The notes beneath the pieces are model-generated. The model was given only the letters and a program-made list of their open reading frames with translations. It did no database searches and was not told the origin of the DNA. A DNA stretch of 64,000 nt from Pseudomonadota bacterium. Lineage in GTDB: Bacteria > Pseudomonadota > Gammaproteobacteria > Steroidobacterales > Steroidobacteraceae. Where the stretch lies: the NCBI GenBank assembly GCA_021805865.1, contig JAJZDX010000011.1, positions 1,082-65,081 on the forward strand, in the 5' to 3' direction. Positions 38,603 to 48,988 of this stretch are shown piece by piece. Each line of letters opens with the position of its first letter. Within the stretch, counting starts at the first letter, position 1. Both the position numbers and the translations under genes were made by a program.

Positions 38603-39526
38603 TCAGGCGAGCGGCTTGCGCGCGGTGAGGTAGGCCATGCGGTCGGTACTCACCGCTTTCGGATCCTCGATGACCGGCCGCATGCTGCGCTCGAAGAAAT
38701 CCCGTTCCGCCGCCGAGAACTGCTCGGCCATGATGCGGCTCAACGGCGGAGCGAGCGGGTGCGGGGAACTGTGAACGAACGTGTCCCAGGAGCGCGTCAT
38801 CGAGGGGCCCATGTCGATGTGCAGCTCCAGATGCAGATCCGTCAGGCCTGCGTTTTGGGCGAAGCGAATGAGATCGCGCTCGGAATAGTTGGCGATTGGG
38901 CAGGCGCGGATCCTTTCCTCCGTGTCGGGAAACTGCGCGGCCTGCCATCGGTGCAGCAGCACCATGAGCGGGCTCACCCCCTCCCGGGGCTTGGAATCGA
39001 TCACGGTTTTCATGGCTTGCACGGCGATCGCCTCATCCTGGAACACCGGCTCGGCGAGTGAAACGCGCCCACCGGGCTTCAATATCCGCTGGAATTCGCG
39101 CAGCGCTGCGGTCTTGTCGGCGACGTACGCCAGGACGGAGCGCGTCGCGACGACGTCCACCGATGCATCGGCTATGCCCTCGAGGTGGTCGGCCGGACAG
39201 CGCAGGAACGAGCACTGGCCGAGGACGCCACGCTCGACTGCCTGGGCCCGAGCGTGCTGCAGCATCGGCTCGGACACGTCCGTGAGCCATGCGCGCAGCG
39301 TCGGGCCAACGCGCTCCATCGCCCGAAACGCGACGAGCCCCTCGCCCGCACCGACGTCGACGAGCGTCTGGCCAGGGGCGAGCTGCGCGCCATCGAGGAG
39401 CCGCTCGATGTAGCGGTCGACAGCGATGCGTACGGCCTGCTGCAGCCGAGCGTCACCCCCATGCCGCTGGCGCAGAAGCCACTGCGACCACACATCCTCC
39501 GTCGGATCTTGCTCATCACGCGCCAT
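38603..39526 (-). CDS. Class I SAM-dependent methyltransferase (type 11-like) with C-terminal extension
   Basis: LVDVGAGEGLVA (motif I), ..SVDVVATRSVLAYV.., LKPGGRVSLAEP. Confidence 0.8.
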   Translation of the reverse strand: MARDEQDPTEDVWSQWLLRQRHGGDARLQQAVRIAVDRYIERLLDGAQLAPGQTLVDVGAGEGLVAFRAMERVGPTLRAWLTDVSEPMLQHARAQAVERGVLGQCSFLRCPADHLEGIADASVDVVATRSVLAYVADKTAALREFQRILKPGGRVSLAEPVFQDEAIAVQAMKTVIDSKPREGVSPLMVLLHRWQAAQFPDTEERIRACPIANYSERDLIRFAQNAGLTDLHLELHIDMGPSMTRSWDTFVHSSPHPLAPPLSRIMAEQFSAAERDFFERSMRPVIEDPKAVSTDRMAYLTARKPLA

Positions 39527-39754
39527 GCGCCCCCCGGGAACCGTGCCTGCAACCGGCTCATCTTACGCGAGGGCTCGCGCGGCGCGCATTCCGGCCGGGG
39601 CATCGTGACAGGCGGTCCATTCGATTGCGCCGTCTCTTCCGCCCGCCGTCGATCGCACCGCTCCCGAGGCCATGAATCCCTTCGCCGGCGAGGCTTCGCA
39701 TGGCCGGCGCATCCGCCATTTGCTACAGTCTCACCGGTCCCGACACGCCCGTTT

Positions 39755-40942
39755 ATGAAAGACATCCGGATCCAGTCAGGAATAGGTACCCGGCTTTCCC
39801 AGCTGGGAAGAATGACCGAAGCGCATTATGGCTTCGTCAACACTCCCATCTATCGAGGCTCGACGGTGCTGTTCAAGACCCTCGACGACCTCGAGCACAT
39901 GCGGGCGCGCTACGTCTACGGCACCGCGGGCACGCCGACCATCGAGAGCCTGGAGAGCGCCTGGACGGCGATCACCGGGGCGGCCGGCACCGTCCTGTGC
40001 CCTTCGGGCCTCGGCGCTGTCGCCATCGCCTTGATGGCGACCCTCAAGCACGGCGATCACCTGCTCATGCCGGACAGCGTCTACCTCCCATCGCGATCGC
40101 TGTGCGCCAATCTGCTCGAGAGGTTCGGGGTCGAAACGACCTTCTACGATCCTCTTCTCGGGGCGCGTCTCGAATCGCTCGTGCGCTCGAACACATCGAC
40201 CATCTTCCTGGAGTCTCCCGGCTCTCAGACCTTCGAAGTGCAGGATGTGCCGGGAATTACGGAATTTGCGATCAAGCGGGGCATCAAGACCATCATCGAT
40301 AATACCTGGGCCACACCGCTTTTCTTTTCCGCCCACGAGCACGGATGCGATCTGTCGGTGGAGGCCGGGACGAAGTACCTGAGCGGGCATTCCGACCTGC
40401 TGCTCGGTCTCGTGAGCGCGAATGCGGCAACGTGGCCCGCGCTGAAGAAGACCGCTCAAAGCATGGCGATGCTGCCGGGGGCCGAGGACTGCTACCTCGC
40501 GCTGAGGGGAATGCGCTCCCTGCACATCAGGCTCAAGGAAGCCCAGAGCAGGGGCCTCGAGATGGCGCACTGGCTGCAGTCACAGCCGGAAGTCCTGACC
40601 ATACTGCATCCGGCGTTCGCATCCTGCCCGGGCCATGAGCTCTGGAGGCGCGATTTCAAGGGCTCGACGGGCCTCTTCTCCATCATCCTTCGCCCCGGCT
40701 TCACCCGGCAGGCCCTCGCCTACATGCTTGATCATCTCTCGATATTCGGGATGGGCTACTCCTGGGGAGGCTTCGAGAGTCTCATCATCCCGTTCGACTG
40801 CAGCGCCTACCGGACGGCGACCCGATGGAATCCGGAGGGCTTCTGCCTGCGGCTGCAGATCGGACTCGAGGACATCGATGACTTGAGGGCGGACCTGCGC
40901 GCGGGCTTGGACAGGTTGTCCGCGCCCACCCGGGCCGCGTAG
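39755..40942 (+). CDS. metC: Cystathionine beta-lyase
   Basis: 395 aa, colinear with E. coli MetC as recalled: ..AGTKYLSGHSDLL (PLP Lys), HPAFASCPGHELWRRDFKGSTGLFS, MGYSWGGFESLI, RLQIGLEDIDDLRADL. Confidence 0.9.
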   Translation: MKDIRIQSGIGTRLSQLGRMTEAHYGFVNTPIYRGSTVLFKTLDDLEHMRARYVYGTAGTPTIESLESAWTAITGAAGTVLCPSGLGAVAIALMATLKHGDHLLMPDSVYLPSRSLCANLLERFGVETTFYDPLLGARLESLVRSNTSTIFLESPGSQTFEVQDVPGITEFAIKRGIKTIIDNTWATPLFFSAHEHGCDLSVEAGTKYLSGHSDLLLGLVSANAATWPALKKTAQSMAMLPGAEDCYLALRGMRSLHIRLKEAQSRGLEMAHWLQSQPEVLTILHPAFASCPGHELWRRDFKGSTGLFSIILRPGFTRQALAYMLDHLSIFGMGYSWGGFESLIIPFDCSAYRTATRWNPEGFCLRLQIGLEDIDDLRADLRAGLDRLSAPTRAA

Positions 40943-41067
40943 CGCCGATCGGCCGGACAGCTTGATCACGGATCCGGATGCGAGCCCTGCTCCAAGGAGC
41001 CGGGGCCGCAGACCGGGCATTGCCCACGGCCTTTGCGATTGATCAAGAGCGACGGGAGAATGCAGGT

Positions 41068-43215
41068 ATGAGATCACTCTCCGCTAGCGCGCTGCCCGGT
41101 ATCGCGGCTGTCGTTCTGGCCGCCGGCATGAGCGCTCAGGCTCGGGTGGCCGTTGCTTCCGAGGCCCGGGGACCTCTTGCGGCGCGCATCGTGCAGATCA
41201 TGCATCGGCTGCGCGATGTGCAGCGCTTCGGTGCCGTGTCGGTCGCGCCGGACGGACGCACCGTCGCATGGACGGTGACCCGCAAGGGCGCGGGTCACGG
41301 CGGGCACGCGGACCGTAAGCCGAGGAGCGGCAACCCGGGCGAGATTCTTCAGCTCGCCGATATCGATGGCACGCGGGTGCGCACCGTCGTGATCCCGGAC
41401 TCGGTGAGGTCATGCCATGACAGCAGCCTCGCGTGGTCGCCCGACAGCCGCGTCCTGGCGTTCCTCTCCAACTGCAACCACGGCAAAGCAGACCGCGAGC
41501 AGCTCGATGTCTATGAAGTCGACGCCAAAGCGACGCGGGCGCGGCGGATCACGCGCCTGCACGGCTTCGTTCACGAGCTCACCTGGTCGCCGAACGGCTC
41601 GATGTTGGGATTTCTCTACGTCAAGGGGGATCTGCATCCCATCGCCGCCGTATCCGCGACCCGGGCACAGGTCGGTGTGATCGGCCGCGCCGGGGTCGAG
41701 CACCAGCGCCTTGCGGTGGTGGCGGCGGCCGGAGGACGGATCGGCCGGGTCACCCCGCATTCCATATTCGTGTATGAGTACGACTGGTCGCCGGCGGGCG
41801 CCAGGGTCGCCTATGTCGGGGCGCCGCCGCCGGGACGCGACAACTGGTGGGTGGCCAAACTCTACACGCAGACCCTCGGCGGTCCGGCGCACGTCCTGCT
41901 CGATCCTTCGACGATCGCAGGCCCGCTGCACGGCTTGCAGATCGCCTTGCCGCGCTGGTCCCCCGACGGTTCGCGCATTGCCTTGATCGGCGGGTTGATG
42001 AGCGACCAAGGAGCGACCGGGGGGGATATCTACATCGTATCCCCCGAAGGCGGCGCGCCGGTGAACATCACGCCCGCAATCGGCATCACGCCCTCATGGC
42101 TGACCTGGACCGGTGATCACGCCCTGCTCGTCTCCTCGTTCGCGGGCGGCTCGACGCGGCTGTCTCTCCTTACGCTCCACGGACGCTCGCCGGCCACCCA
42201 GCGCCGGCTGTTTACCGTCGCCTCCAGCGTAGGCGACGGCACCTTTGCCTCGGCCGTCTCTGCTTCCGCCGGACACAACGTGCTTGCCTTTCTCGATAGC
42301 ACGTTCGCTCGTCCACCGGAGATCGTTTCCGTCCGCCTCAGGACCAACGCCGCGGGTCTGCCTGTCGGCGTTCTAGGGCCTCCTCAGGCGATCACACGCG
42401 TCAACGCGGGCGTGAAGCCGATGTGGGGGAAGGCCGTTTCGGTTCACTGGCACAACGGAGGCTTCAACGTACAGGGCTGGCTGCTGCTTCCTCCGGCCTA
42501 CGATGCGCACGAGCACTATCCGCTGATCGTCTACGTGCACGGCGGCCCGAGCTGGGCCACACGCCCGAGCTGGCCGTGGGACGGGTACGGCCCGGCCCCG
42601 TTCGCGGCGATGGGCTACTTCGTGTTCATGCCGAACCCGCGCGGAAGCTTCGGAGAGGGTGAGCGGTTCGCGAAAGCCATACGCCGCAACATGGGCTACG
42701 GCGACCTTCGCGACATCCTGGCCGGCATTGATCATGTCGAGGCGAAGTATCCGATCGACAACAATCGCCTGGGCATCACCGGCTGGAGCTACGGCGGATT
42801 CATGTCGATGTTTGCACCGACGCAGACCCACCGGTTCAAGGCCGCGGTCGCCGCCGCCGGCCTTTCCGACTGGGAAAGCTATTATGGCGAGAATTCCATC
42901 GACAAGTGGATGATCCCCTTCTTCGGCGCATCCGTGTACCAGGACCCGAGGGTCTACGCCAAGAGCTCGGCCATCAATTTCATCCGCAACGACAAGACCC
43001 CCACCCTGGTCGTGGTGGGACAGGACGACGGGGAATGCCCCGCGCCGCAGTCTTTCGAGTTCTGGCATGCGCTGCGTGCCATGCACGTTCCGACCGAGCT
43101 GGTCGTATACGCGGGAGAGGGCCACGGGTTCCACAAGACAAAGGACCTGCGGAACGTGCTCGAGCGGGCGCTGCGCTGGTTCGCGAGGTATCTGGGCGGG
43201 AAGTCCTCGGCCTGA
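41068..43215 (+). CDS. S9-family serine peptidase (beta-propeller + prolyl oligopeptidase-type catalytic domain)
   Basis: Signal peptide, WSPDG/WSPNG propeller repeats, nucleophile elbow GWSYGGFMS, later ..VVGQDDGECP.. and ..GEGHGF.. (Asp/His). Confidence 0.85.
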   Translation: MRSLSASALPGIAAVVLAAGMSAQARVAVASEARGPLAARIVQIMHRLRDVQRFGAVSVAPDGRTVAWTVTRKGAGHGGHADRKPRSGNPGEILQLADIDGTRVRTVVIPDSVRSCHDSSLAWSPDSRVLAFLSNCNHGKADREQLDVYEVDAKATRARRITRLHGFVHELTWSPNGSMLGFLYVKGDLHPIAAVSATRAQVGVIGRAGVEHQRLAVVAAAGGRIGRVTPHSIFVYEYDWSPAGARVAYVGAPPPGRDNWWVAKLYTQTLGGPAHVLLDPSTIAGPLHGLQIALPRWSPDGSRIALIGGLMSDQGATGGDIYIVSPEGGAPVNITPAIGITPSWLTWTGDHALLVSSFAGGSTRLSLLTLHGRSPATQRRLFTVASSVGDGTFASAVSASAGHNVLAFLDSTFARPPEIVSVRLRTNAAGLPVGVLGPPQAITRVNAGVKPMWGKAVSVHWHNGGFNVQGWLLLPPAYDAHEHYPLIVYVHGGPSWATRPSWPWDGYGPAPFAAMGYFVFMPNPRGSFGEGERFAKAIRRNMGYGDLRDILAGIDHVEAKYPIDNNRLGITGWSYGGFMSMFAPTQTHRFKAAVAAAGLSDWESYYGENSIDKWMIPFFGASVYQDPRVYAKSSAINFIRNDKTPTLVVVGQDDGECPAPQSFEFWHALRAMHVPTELVVYAGEGHGFHKTKDLRNVLERALRWFARYLGGKSSA

Positions 43216-43316
43216 TTCGGCTGGCGGACGCTCCGGCCCCGGGGAGCCTCGCACCGGCTCGAGCTGTCGTGGCGAGCCTCCGCGCCTCGCCGGCCGCCGT
43301 GTCCCGCGGCCGCGGC

Positions 43317-43853
43317 TCACTTCATCCGCGAGGGCAGTTTGATCGTCTTTCCCGCCACCATGAAATGCCCCCGCCCCCGATGATGCAGAGTCCGGAGAGG
43401 TCCATCGTAGGGTTTATGCCAGGCTTTGAGAACCTCAAGAACAAAGAGATTGTAGCGCCTCTTGAGGCTTGCGTCGCTCACCCGGCATTCGAGGTCGGCG
43501 TGACACTCGGCGATGAGAGGCGCCCGGACCACGGATGCGGGCAGGGGCGTGAGATGGAACTTCTCGAACTTGTCCACACTGCGGCCGGAGGTGTTTCCGC
43601 AGCCGACGACGGCCTTGGAGAGCTCTGCCGTTGGAATGCTGATGACGCACTCGCGCGTCTTCTCCAGGACGCCGAAGGTGTGGTTGGCACTGCTCACGAT
43701 ACACCCGATGATCGGCGGCTCAAATTCCATCATCGTGTGCCATGATTGGGTCATGACATCAAGCCGTCCCTCGTACGCGGTGCTGAGCAGCACCACGGGG
43801 CCGGGCTCGAGCAGTCGATAGACCTCGCGGAGCGCAAGGGATCTTTTGCTCAC
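43317..43853 (-). CDS. Flavin reductase-like (FMN-binding split barrel) protein
   Basis: GTG start. ..LLEPGPVVLLSTAYEGRLDVMTQSWHTMMEFEPP..IGCIVS.. is typical of the flavin reductase domain. 178 aa. Confidence 0.75.
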   Translation of the reverse strand: MSKRSLALREVYRLLEPGPVVLLSTAYEGRLDVMTQSWHTMMEFEPPIIGCIVSSANHTFGVLEKTRECVISIPTAELSKAVVGCGNTSGRSVDKFEKFHLTPLPASVVRAPLIAECHADLECRVSDASLKRRYNLFVLEVLKAWHKPYDGPLRTLHHRGRGHFMVAGKTIKLPSRMK

Positions 43854-43894
43854 CGGCGCCGCTCGCGGCGCAGCGCGCGAACGTGGGGCGCGAG

Positions 43895-44458
43895 TCACGG
43901 ACCGATCCAACGAACCTGAGGCTCCTTCCTGGGGACCGGTGCAGGAGAGGCTTTCGGCCGGCCGACGATGAGCGGCGCAACGGGCAGGCACGTTGCCGGC
44001 AGCTCGAGCGCCCTTTTTCCTTCGGCCGTGGCGAGCCAGCCTTGCGAGAGCCCGATCCAGCACGTCCCGAGCTCCGCGGCGCACGCCGCCAGCATCAGGT
44101 TCGCCGCCGCCAGTGCGCAGTTCTCCGCGGCCCAGCGGCTTTCGGTCACGCTTGCGATGACGATCAGGGCGGGAGCGTGATGGAAGATGTCGGAGTCCGG
44201 ATCGTCCCTCATCCCGTGAAGGCGGTGCAGCGCAGGGGCGTCCGGTGAGGTCCTGAGAAAATGTGCCTTGGCCTCCCGAGAGATCAGCGCAAGACGGCTC
44301 CGATCCTGCACCACGCTGAAGAGCCACGGTTGCTCGTTGACGGCACTCGGCGCCTGAATGGCCGCCTCGATCAGCTTCTGCAGCACCGGCCTCGCGATGC
44401 TTTCCTCCGTGTACTCGCGAACCGCGCGTCGGGAATAGATGGCTTGTTCGAGATCCAT
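43895..44458 (-). CDS. Nitroreductase family protein
   Basis: MDLEQAIYSRRAVREYTEE..LIEAAIQAPSAVNEQPW.., 187 aa, 41 nt upstream of the flavin reductase gene. Confidence 0.8.
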   Translation of the reverse strand: MDLEQAIYSRRAVREYTEESIARPVLQKLIEAAIQAPSAVNEQPWLFSVVQDRSRLALISREAKAHFLRTSPDAPALHRLHGMRDDPDSDIFHHAPALIVIASVTESRWAAENCALAAANLMLAACAAELGTCWIGLSQGWLATAEGKRALELPATCLPVAPLIVGRPKASPAPVPRKEPQVRWIGP

Positions 44459-44790
44459 GGTGCACCTCACAGATGACGGCAAGGCTCTTCGAGGGACGAC
44501 GGTGTGCCGGCGGCCTTCGCCCGGGAGAGAGCAGGCCGATACTCCCAGCGTCCATTGGGCGTGCGAATCCGCAGAAGTCCCTAGTCGTCGGCCGCAGCCG
44601 CCGGCCAACGTACCTCGACTGCCCGGGCGCCTGCCGCTATCGCAGAGTGAATTGCCCGATCGATCCGGCGGCATCCCCGAGCGGATGTCGGCGGGGAAGG
44701 CGCCGGCGGCCGGTGACGCGGCCGCACAGACGTACGCCGCCGCGTCCCAAGTCGCGCCGGCATCTCTGCAAGCTCCGCGGGACTGGTAAA

Positions 44791-45633
44791 ATGGTTGCTT
44801 CCTCCAATCAAGACCCTTCATTGGGGCAGGCTCAAATGCCGAGCTGGACGACCGGGACGTGCGACGCGGGGGAGGCGAGCATCCACTACCTGAGAACCGG
44901 AGGAGCCAAACCGCCATTGGTACTGCTTCATGGATTGACGGGCAACGGGGCCTGCTGGACACCCGTTGCCCGCTCACTGGAGCCGGACTTTGACGTGGTG
45001 ATGCCCGATGCCCGCGGCCATGGCAGATCGAGTACGCCGCTCCATGGCTATCGATACGACGACCATGCAAGCGATGTGACGGGACTCATCCGGGGGCTCG
45101 AGCTGGACGCCCCGACTCTTCTCGGGCATTCGATGGGGGGCATGACCGCGGCCATGCTGGCCAGTCGAAGCGGCGGGCTCATCCGCCGGGCGATTCTGGC
45201 TGATCCCACATTCCTGAGCCCGCAGCGTCAGCGCGAGGTTTGCGATGGCGCCGCCGAGCGACATGGAAGACTTCTGCGCCGAAGCAGGGACGATCTGCTC
45301 GCCGAATTACGTGTCCGCCATCCTCTTCGGACAACTGAGATTCTCGAGCTCTTGGTTGAGGCGAGATTGCAGACCCGGATGGATGCGTTTGACGTCTTGA
45401 CGCCGCCAAGCCCGGGATTTCGCCAGTTGGTGAGTACAATTGAAGTTCCCACTCTCGTCATCCTCGGAGATTCGTCTGTCCTGTCGATGGAAATGGCAGG
45501 AGAGCTGCAGAGTCTTAACCCACGCGTGCGGATCGAGCAGATTCGGAACGCCGGTCACGGGCTTGCATATGACCAACCTGAACGCTTCGCGGCGGCGGTG
45601 AGGTCGTTCATCATGCCCGAGGCCACCGCTTAG
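44791..45633 (+). CDS. Alpha/beta-fold hydrolase
   Basis: PLVLLHGLTGNG, PDARGHGRS, nucleophile elbow GHSMGG, C-terminal ..NAGHGLAYDQPERF... Start could also be ATG 44836. Confidence 0.8.
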   Translation: MVASSNQDPSLGQAQMPSWTTGTCDAGEASIHYLRTGGAKPPLVLLHGLTGNGACWTPVARSLEPDFDVVMPDARGHGRSSTPLHGYRYDDHASDVTGLIRGLELDAPTLLGHSMGGMTAAMLASRSGGLIRRAILADPTFLSPQRQREVCDGAAERHGRLLRRSRDDLLAELRVRHPLRTTEILELLVEARLQTRMDAFDVLTPPSPGFRQLVSTIEVPTLVILGDSSVLSMEMAGELQSLNPRVRIEQIRNAGHGLAYDQPERFAAAVRSFIMPEATA

Positions 45634-46061
45634 GCGCGCCATTCGGTGCACGTTGATTCCGGTGGGCATGAGGCTCGAGCGGCAGCCTCGGGAGAGCCGC
45701 CACGGATGCCCAATGATCGGTTGTCGCCGACCGCGAAAAGCCCACCCGGATCGCGCCATCGGGTCATACATCGAAACAGTCATCATGGACCGGGACCGCC
45801 CTCGAGGCATCCGATCTGTCCCAGGCCGGAATCCGCGCACGGACTCCGGGGCGTTGCGCGGCAAGCCGGGGCAGCCGCCTGAACCCGCCGCACCGGGCGG
45901 GACCGAGGAGATCCCCGTGGCAATCGGATCGGCCCCGTCGCGGTCCTTGCCGCGCTTTGCCCCCCGATGCCGCGCGGGATATACGGCGGTCGAGTCCGGC
46001 AGGTACTCTTGGGGGCGTACCGTCCCGCCGAGCGGACGCTGAGCCGGTCACCCTCTCCTCG

Positions 46062-46074
46062 CCCCCCCCCCCCC
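46062..46074. repeat. C13 homopolymer tract in a ~850-bp apparently non-coding gap
   Basis: 13 consecutive C residues. An 11-bp direct repeat CACCCTCTCCT occurs just before it (46049-46059) and 100 bp downstream (46149-46159). Confidence 0.8.
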
Positions 46075-46484
46075 TAAGAGCACGGAGCCCGGGCTCGCGC
46101 CGCAGTCTTTGCGATGTTCCGCTGGTACCGGGAACCGGCCCTGCGCGGCACCCTCTCCTGCGAACCCCCTCTGGCCAGACGATACTTTGTGGTGTAAAGT
46201 CCATGGGCCTGAGGATCTGGATAGAACTGCGGCGTAACCGCTTTGAACGGGGGATTGAGAGGCGGCCTCTTGCCACCTTTGGCCGGCGGATGCTTCTAAA
46301 CGATGCGGAACGTCTACCGGACTCTGGCCCCGGGGCGGCTTTTCGTGCGACAGTAATGCGCCCCCCGGCGCCTGACGTACCGGCTGCGTAGAGTCCATTG
46401 CACGTGCCTCGGAGCTGACCCTAGACCGAGAGATCAACCAATCGGGCGGACCTCGCACCTCCCGGAAAATTGGGCCAATTGCGT

Positions 46485-47438
46485 ATGCGTCAAGCCGATC
46501 AAGCCGCCGCGGACACCTTCATTGCACGCTGGAGGCGCCTGCTTGCCCCTGGCCACTGGGCCGTGTGGATCACTCTCGGCATGCTCCGCCTGCTCGTGCT
46601 GCTGCCCTTCCCGGTGCAACTCGCCTGGGGGCGGGCACTCGGAGCGATACTACGACACCTGCCGGTGCGTTATGTGCGCATCGCACAAACCAACATCGAC
46701 ATGTGTCTGGCGGAGCTGCCGCCCACCGAGCGCAAGCGGCTTCTCGATCGGCACTTCAAGAGCCTCGGCATTTCGACCCTGGAGATCGCGCTGGCATGGT
46801 GGGGCGAGGGAGTGCGCATCCTGAGACTGGCTCGCATCGAGGGATGCGAGCACGTGGAGGCGGCGCTTGCGCGCGGGCGCGGGGCGATATTGCTGACGGC
46901 GCACTTCACTCCGCTCGAGATCGGCGGACGAATCCTCTCGGAGAGATTTCCCATCAACATCCTGTACCGGCCCGCCAAGAACGAGGTGCTGGCCTTTCTT
47001 CAGAAGCGGCGGCGCAGCCGCAACGGCGGGCGCGCCATACGGTGCGACGACATTCACCAGATGATTACGGCCTTGAAGAACAATGAATGCGTGTGGTTCG
47101 CGCCGGATCAGTGCTACCGCAAGAAGGGCGCGGAGATGGTGCCGCTGTTTGGAGTCCCCGCCGCAACCAATACCGCCACCTCACGCATTGCGCGCATGAC
47201 CGGTGCGGCGGTACTCCCCTACTTCGTCGAGCGCCTACCCGGCAGCCGCGGCTATCGGCTGGAGATCCTGCCGCCTCTGGAAGACTTCCCAGGCGACTCA
47301 CCCGCCGCCGATGCCGCACGGTTTCACCGGTTGATCGAAGCTCAGGTGCGGGCGGTCCCGGAGCAATACCTGTGGATACACCGGCGCTTCAAGGGGCTGG
47401 GCCCGGATTATCCGGATTACTACCGACGCGCGCGGTAA
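46485..47438 (+). CDS. lpxL: Lipid A biosynthesis lauroyl/myristoyl acyltransferase (LpxL/HtrB family)
   Basis: ..LLAPGHWAVW.., catalytic HX4D-region equivalent (LLTAHFTPLEIG), ..WFAPDQ.., ..PEQYLWIHRRFK... An in-frame TTG lies at 46470. Confidence 0.8.
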   Translation: MRQADQAAADTFIARWRRLLAPGHWAVWITLGMLRLLVLLPFPVQLAWGRALGAILRHLPVRYVRIAQTNIDMCLAELPPTERKRLLDRHFKSLGISTLEIALAWWGEGVRILRLARIEGCEHVEAALARGRGAILLTAHFTPLEIGGRILSERFPINILYRPAKNEVLAFLQKRRRSRNGGRAIRCDDIHQMITALKNNECVWFAPDQCYRKKGAEMVPLFGVPAATNTATSRIARMTGAAVLPYFVERLPGSRGYRLEILPPLEDFPGDSPAADAARFHRLIEAQVRAVPEQYLWIHRRFKGLGPDYPDYYRRAR

Positions 47439-47536
47439 CCACCGAAGAACGCTGCCGCGCACGTACCGCCCCCCTCTGCGGCGCGCACCATGGCCGCTGA
47501 CGATCGTCACCCGGCAATGACGGAAGACTGACGGCC

Positions 47537-48097
47537 ATGAAGCTGCTGTTGGTCTATGGCACCACCGAAGGCCAGACGCATAAGGTCGCCCGATTCGTGG
47601 CGGGCCATCTGGCGCACCGCGGACATCAGACGCGGATCGTGAGCGCTATCGAGGCGACGGCCGCGGCGAACCCACGCGAATTTGACGCTGTGGTCATCGC
47701 GGCCTCGGTCCACACCGGACGCTATCAGTCCGCCATCATTCATTTCGTAAGGAAGCACCTGGCCGCCATCAACGCACGGCCCAACGCATTTCTTTCCATT
47801 TCACTCTCCGCTGCCAGCAACGATGAAAATGACGCCCGGGGACTCGACCGCTGCGTCGCCGATTTCACGCAACGGACCGGATGGATTCCCCAGCATACCC
47901 ACCATGTCGCAGGTGCCTTCCGCTATCGCTCGTACGGCTTGCTGAAGCGATGGGCGATGAGATACATCGCCCGTCGCAAGGGAGTTTCCACGGATACGAG
48001 CCGGGACCATGAGCTGACAGACTGGCCGGAATTGGCGCGCTTTGCCGATTTGCTCGCGGGTGAGGCCGAACGCGCGCCTCGCAATCGGCCGGGTTGA
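47537..48097 (+). CDS. hemG: Flavodoxin-like protein, HemG-type protoporphyrinogen IX dehydrogenase family
   Basis: MKLLLVYGTTEGQTHKVA.., ..VVIAASVHTGRYQSAIIHFVRKH.., GAFRYRSY..., ..TDWPELARFA: colinear with E. coli HemG as I recall it. Confidence 0.6.
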   Translation: MKLLLVYGTTEGQTHKVARFVAGHLAHRGHQTRIVSAIEATAAANPREFDAVVIAASVHTGRYQSAIIHFVRKHLAAINARPNAFLSISLSAASNDENDARGLDRCVADFTQRTGWIPQHTHHVAGAFRYRSYGLLKRWAMRYIARRKGVSTDTSRDHELTDWPELARFADLLAGEAERAPRNRPG

Positions 48098-48191
48098 TGC
48101 ACGGCCGGCTGCGTCCGCTGAGGCGGATGCGCGTGGAAGCGCCGGATGGATTTTGGGAGATGAGGCGCAGCTGCGCTCCCGCGCAGCTCGC

Positions 48192-48617
48192 CTACTCCGG
48201 CAGCAGCTCCCCGGAGCCGCCCATCTCCTTCGGAAAGTCCTTCATCTTCGGCAGGCCGTCCTTGATGCTCAGCACCTTCTCACCGTAGGAAACGTGTACG
48301 GAGGGCTTGAACTCGAGGGTGGGCAGCACCGCCGCGTAGACGTCGATCAATTTCATCGGCGGATGATCGGTGAAGATGTGACCGCCGCAGACCTTGCACC
48401 ACTTGCGCAGGCTGTTCGCAGTCTTGTGGTACGTCCCGATATGGTCCACTCCCTTCAGAATCTTCAGCGCATCCGGTTTCCACAGCGAGAAGGCGTTCAC
48501 CGGCCCCGCCGACCAGTGCCTGCAGGATTCGCAGTGACAATAGCCCATTGCCGCCGGCTCGCCGCTTACCGAGAACTCGACCGCGCCGCAGAAGCATCTG
48601 CCTTTGTGCTCACTCAT
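48192..48617 (-). CDS. GFA (glutathione-dependent formaldehyde-activating / CENP-V) family protein
   Basis: CFCGAV...CHCESC...C..CG Zn-binding Cys pattern; 141 aa. Confidence 0.8.
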   Translation of the reverse strand: MSEHKGRCFCGAVEFSVSGEPAAMGYCHCESCRHWSAGPVNAFSLWKPDALKILKGVDHIGTYHKTANSLRKWCKVCGGHIFTDHPPMKLIDVYAAVLPTLEFKPSVHVSYGEKVLSIKDGLPKMKDFPKEMGGSGELLPE

Positions 48618-48988
48618 GGGGTACCCCCGAAATTGCTCATGGCCACATCATGGGCCAAGCGCACGCATCCGGCAATTGCGCCGGGGCGCTGCAGTGCGCG
48701 CTGTGCCAGATTCGAGCACGGATGTCCGATGCGCACCTGCGGAGGCAAGTCATCAACCAGAGTGGGCACGCCCCGCCGATGACGGAAGTTTCGCGCGGTA
48801 GCCGCCACCGCCGGAGAATCCGCTGCGGGAGCGCCGGTCACGGGGCCGGACCCCAGGCGCTCGCCGCGCGACTCGAGCCCCTGCGCCGCCTCAACGGCGA
48901 TCCTGCCGGCGAGAGTGCCTTGCTAGAGAGCTCGCCAATGAGCTGGACGCGGCGGGCGCGAACGGACATGGATCTGAATCATCCTTCA

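Noticed and set aside
45634-46484. Group II intron or other structured RNA in the gene-free gap (a GTGCGAC word near 46345)
   Set aside because: There is no reverse-transcriptase ORF. I could find no domain V-like hairpin and no convincing long-range pairing by eye. The interval is kept only as an unexplained gap with a C13 tract.
48614-48841. 75-aa GTG-initiated ORF overlapping the GFA gene start
   Set aside because: Third-position G/C (about two thirds by my count) is no higher than the overall composition. It has no motifs and overlaps a supported gene start.
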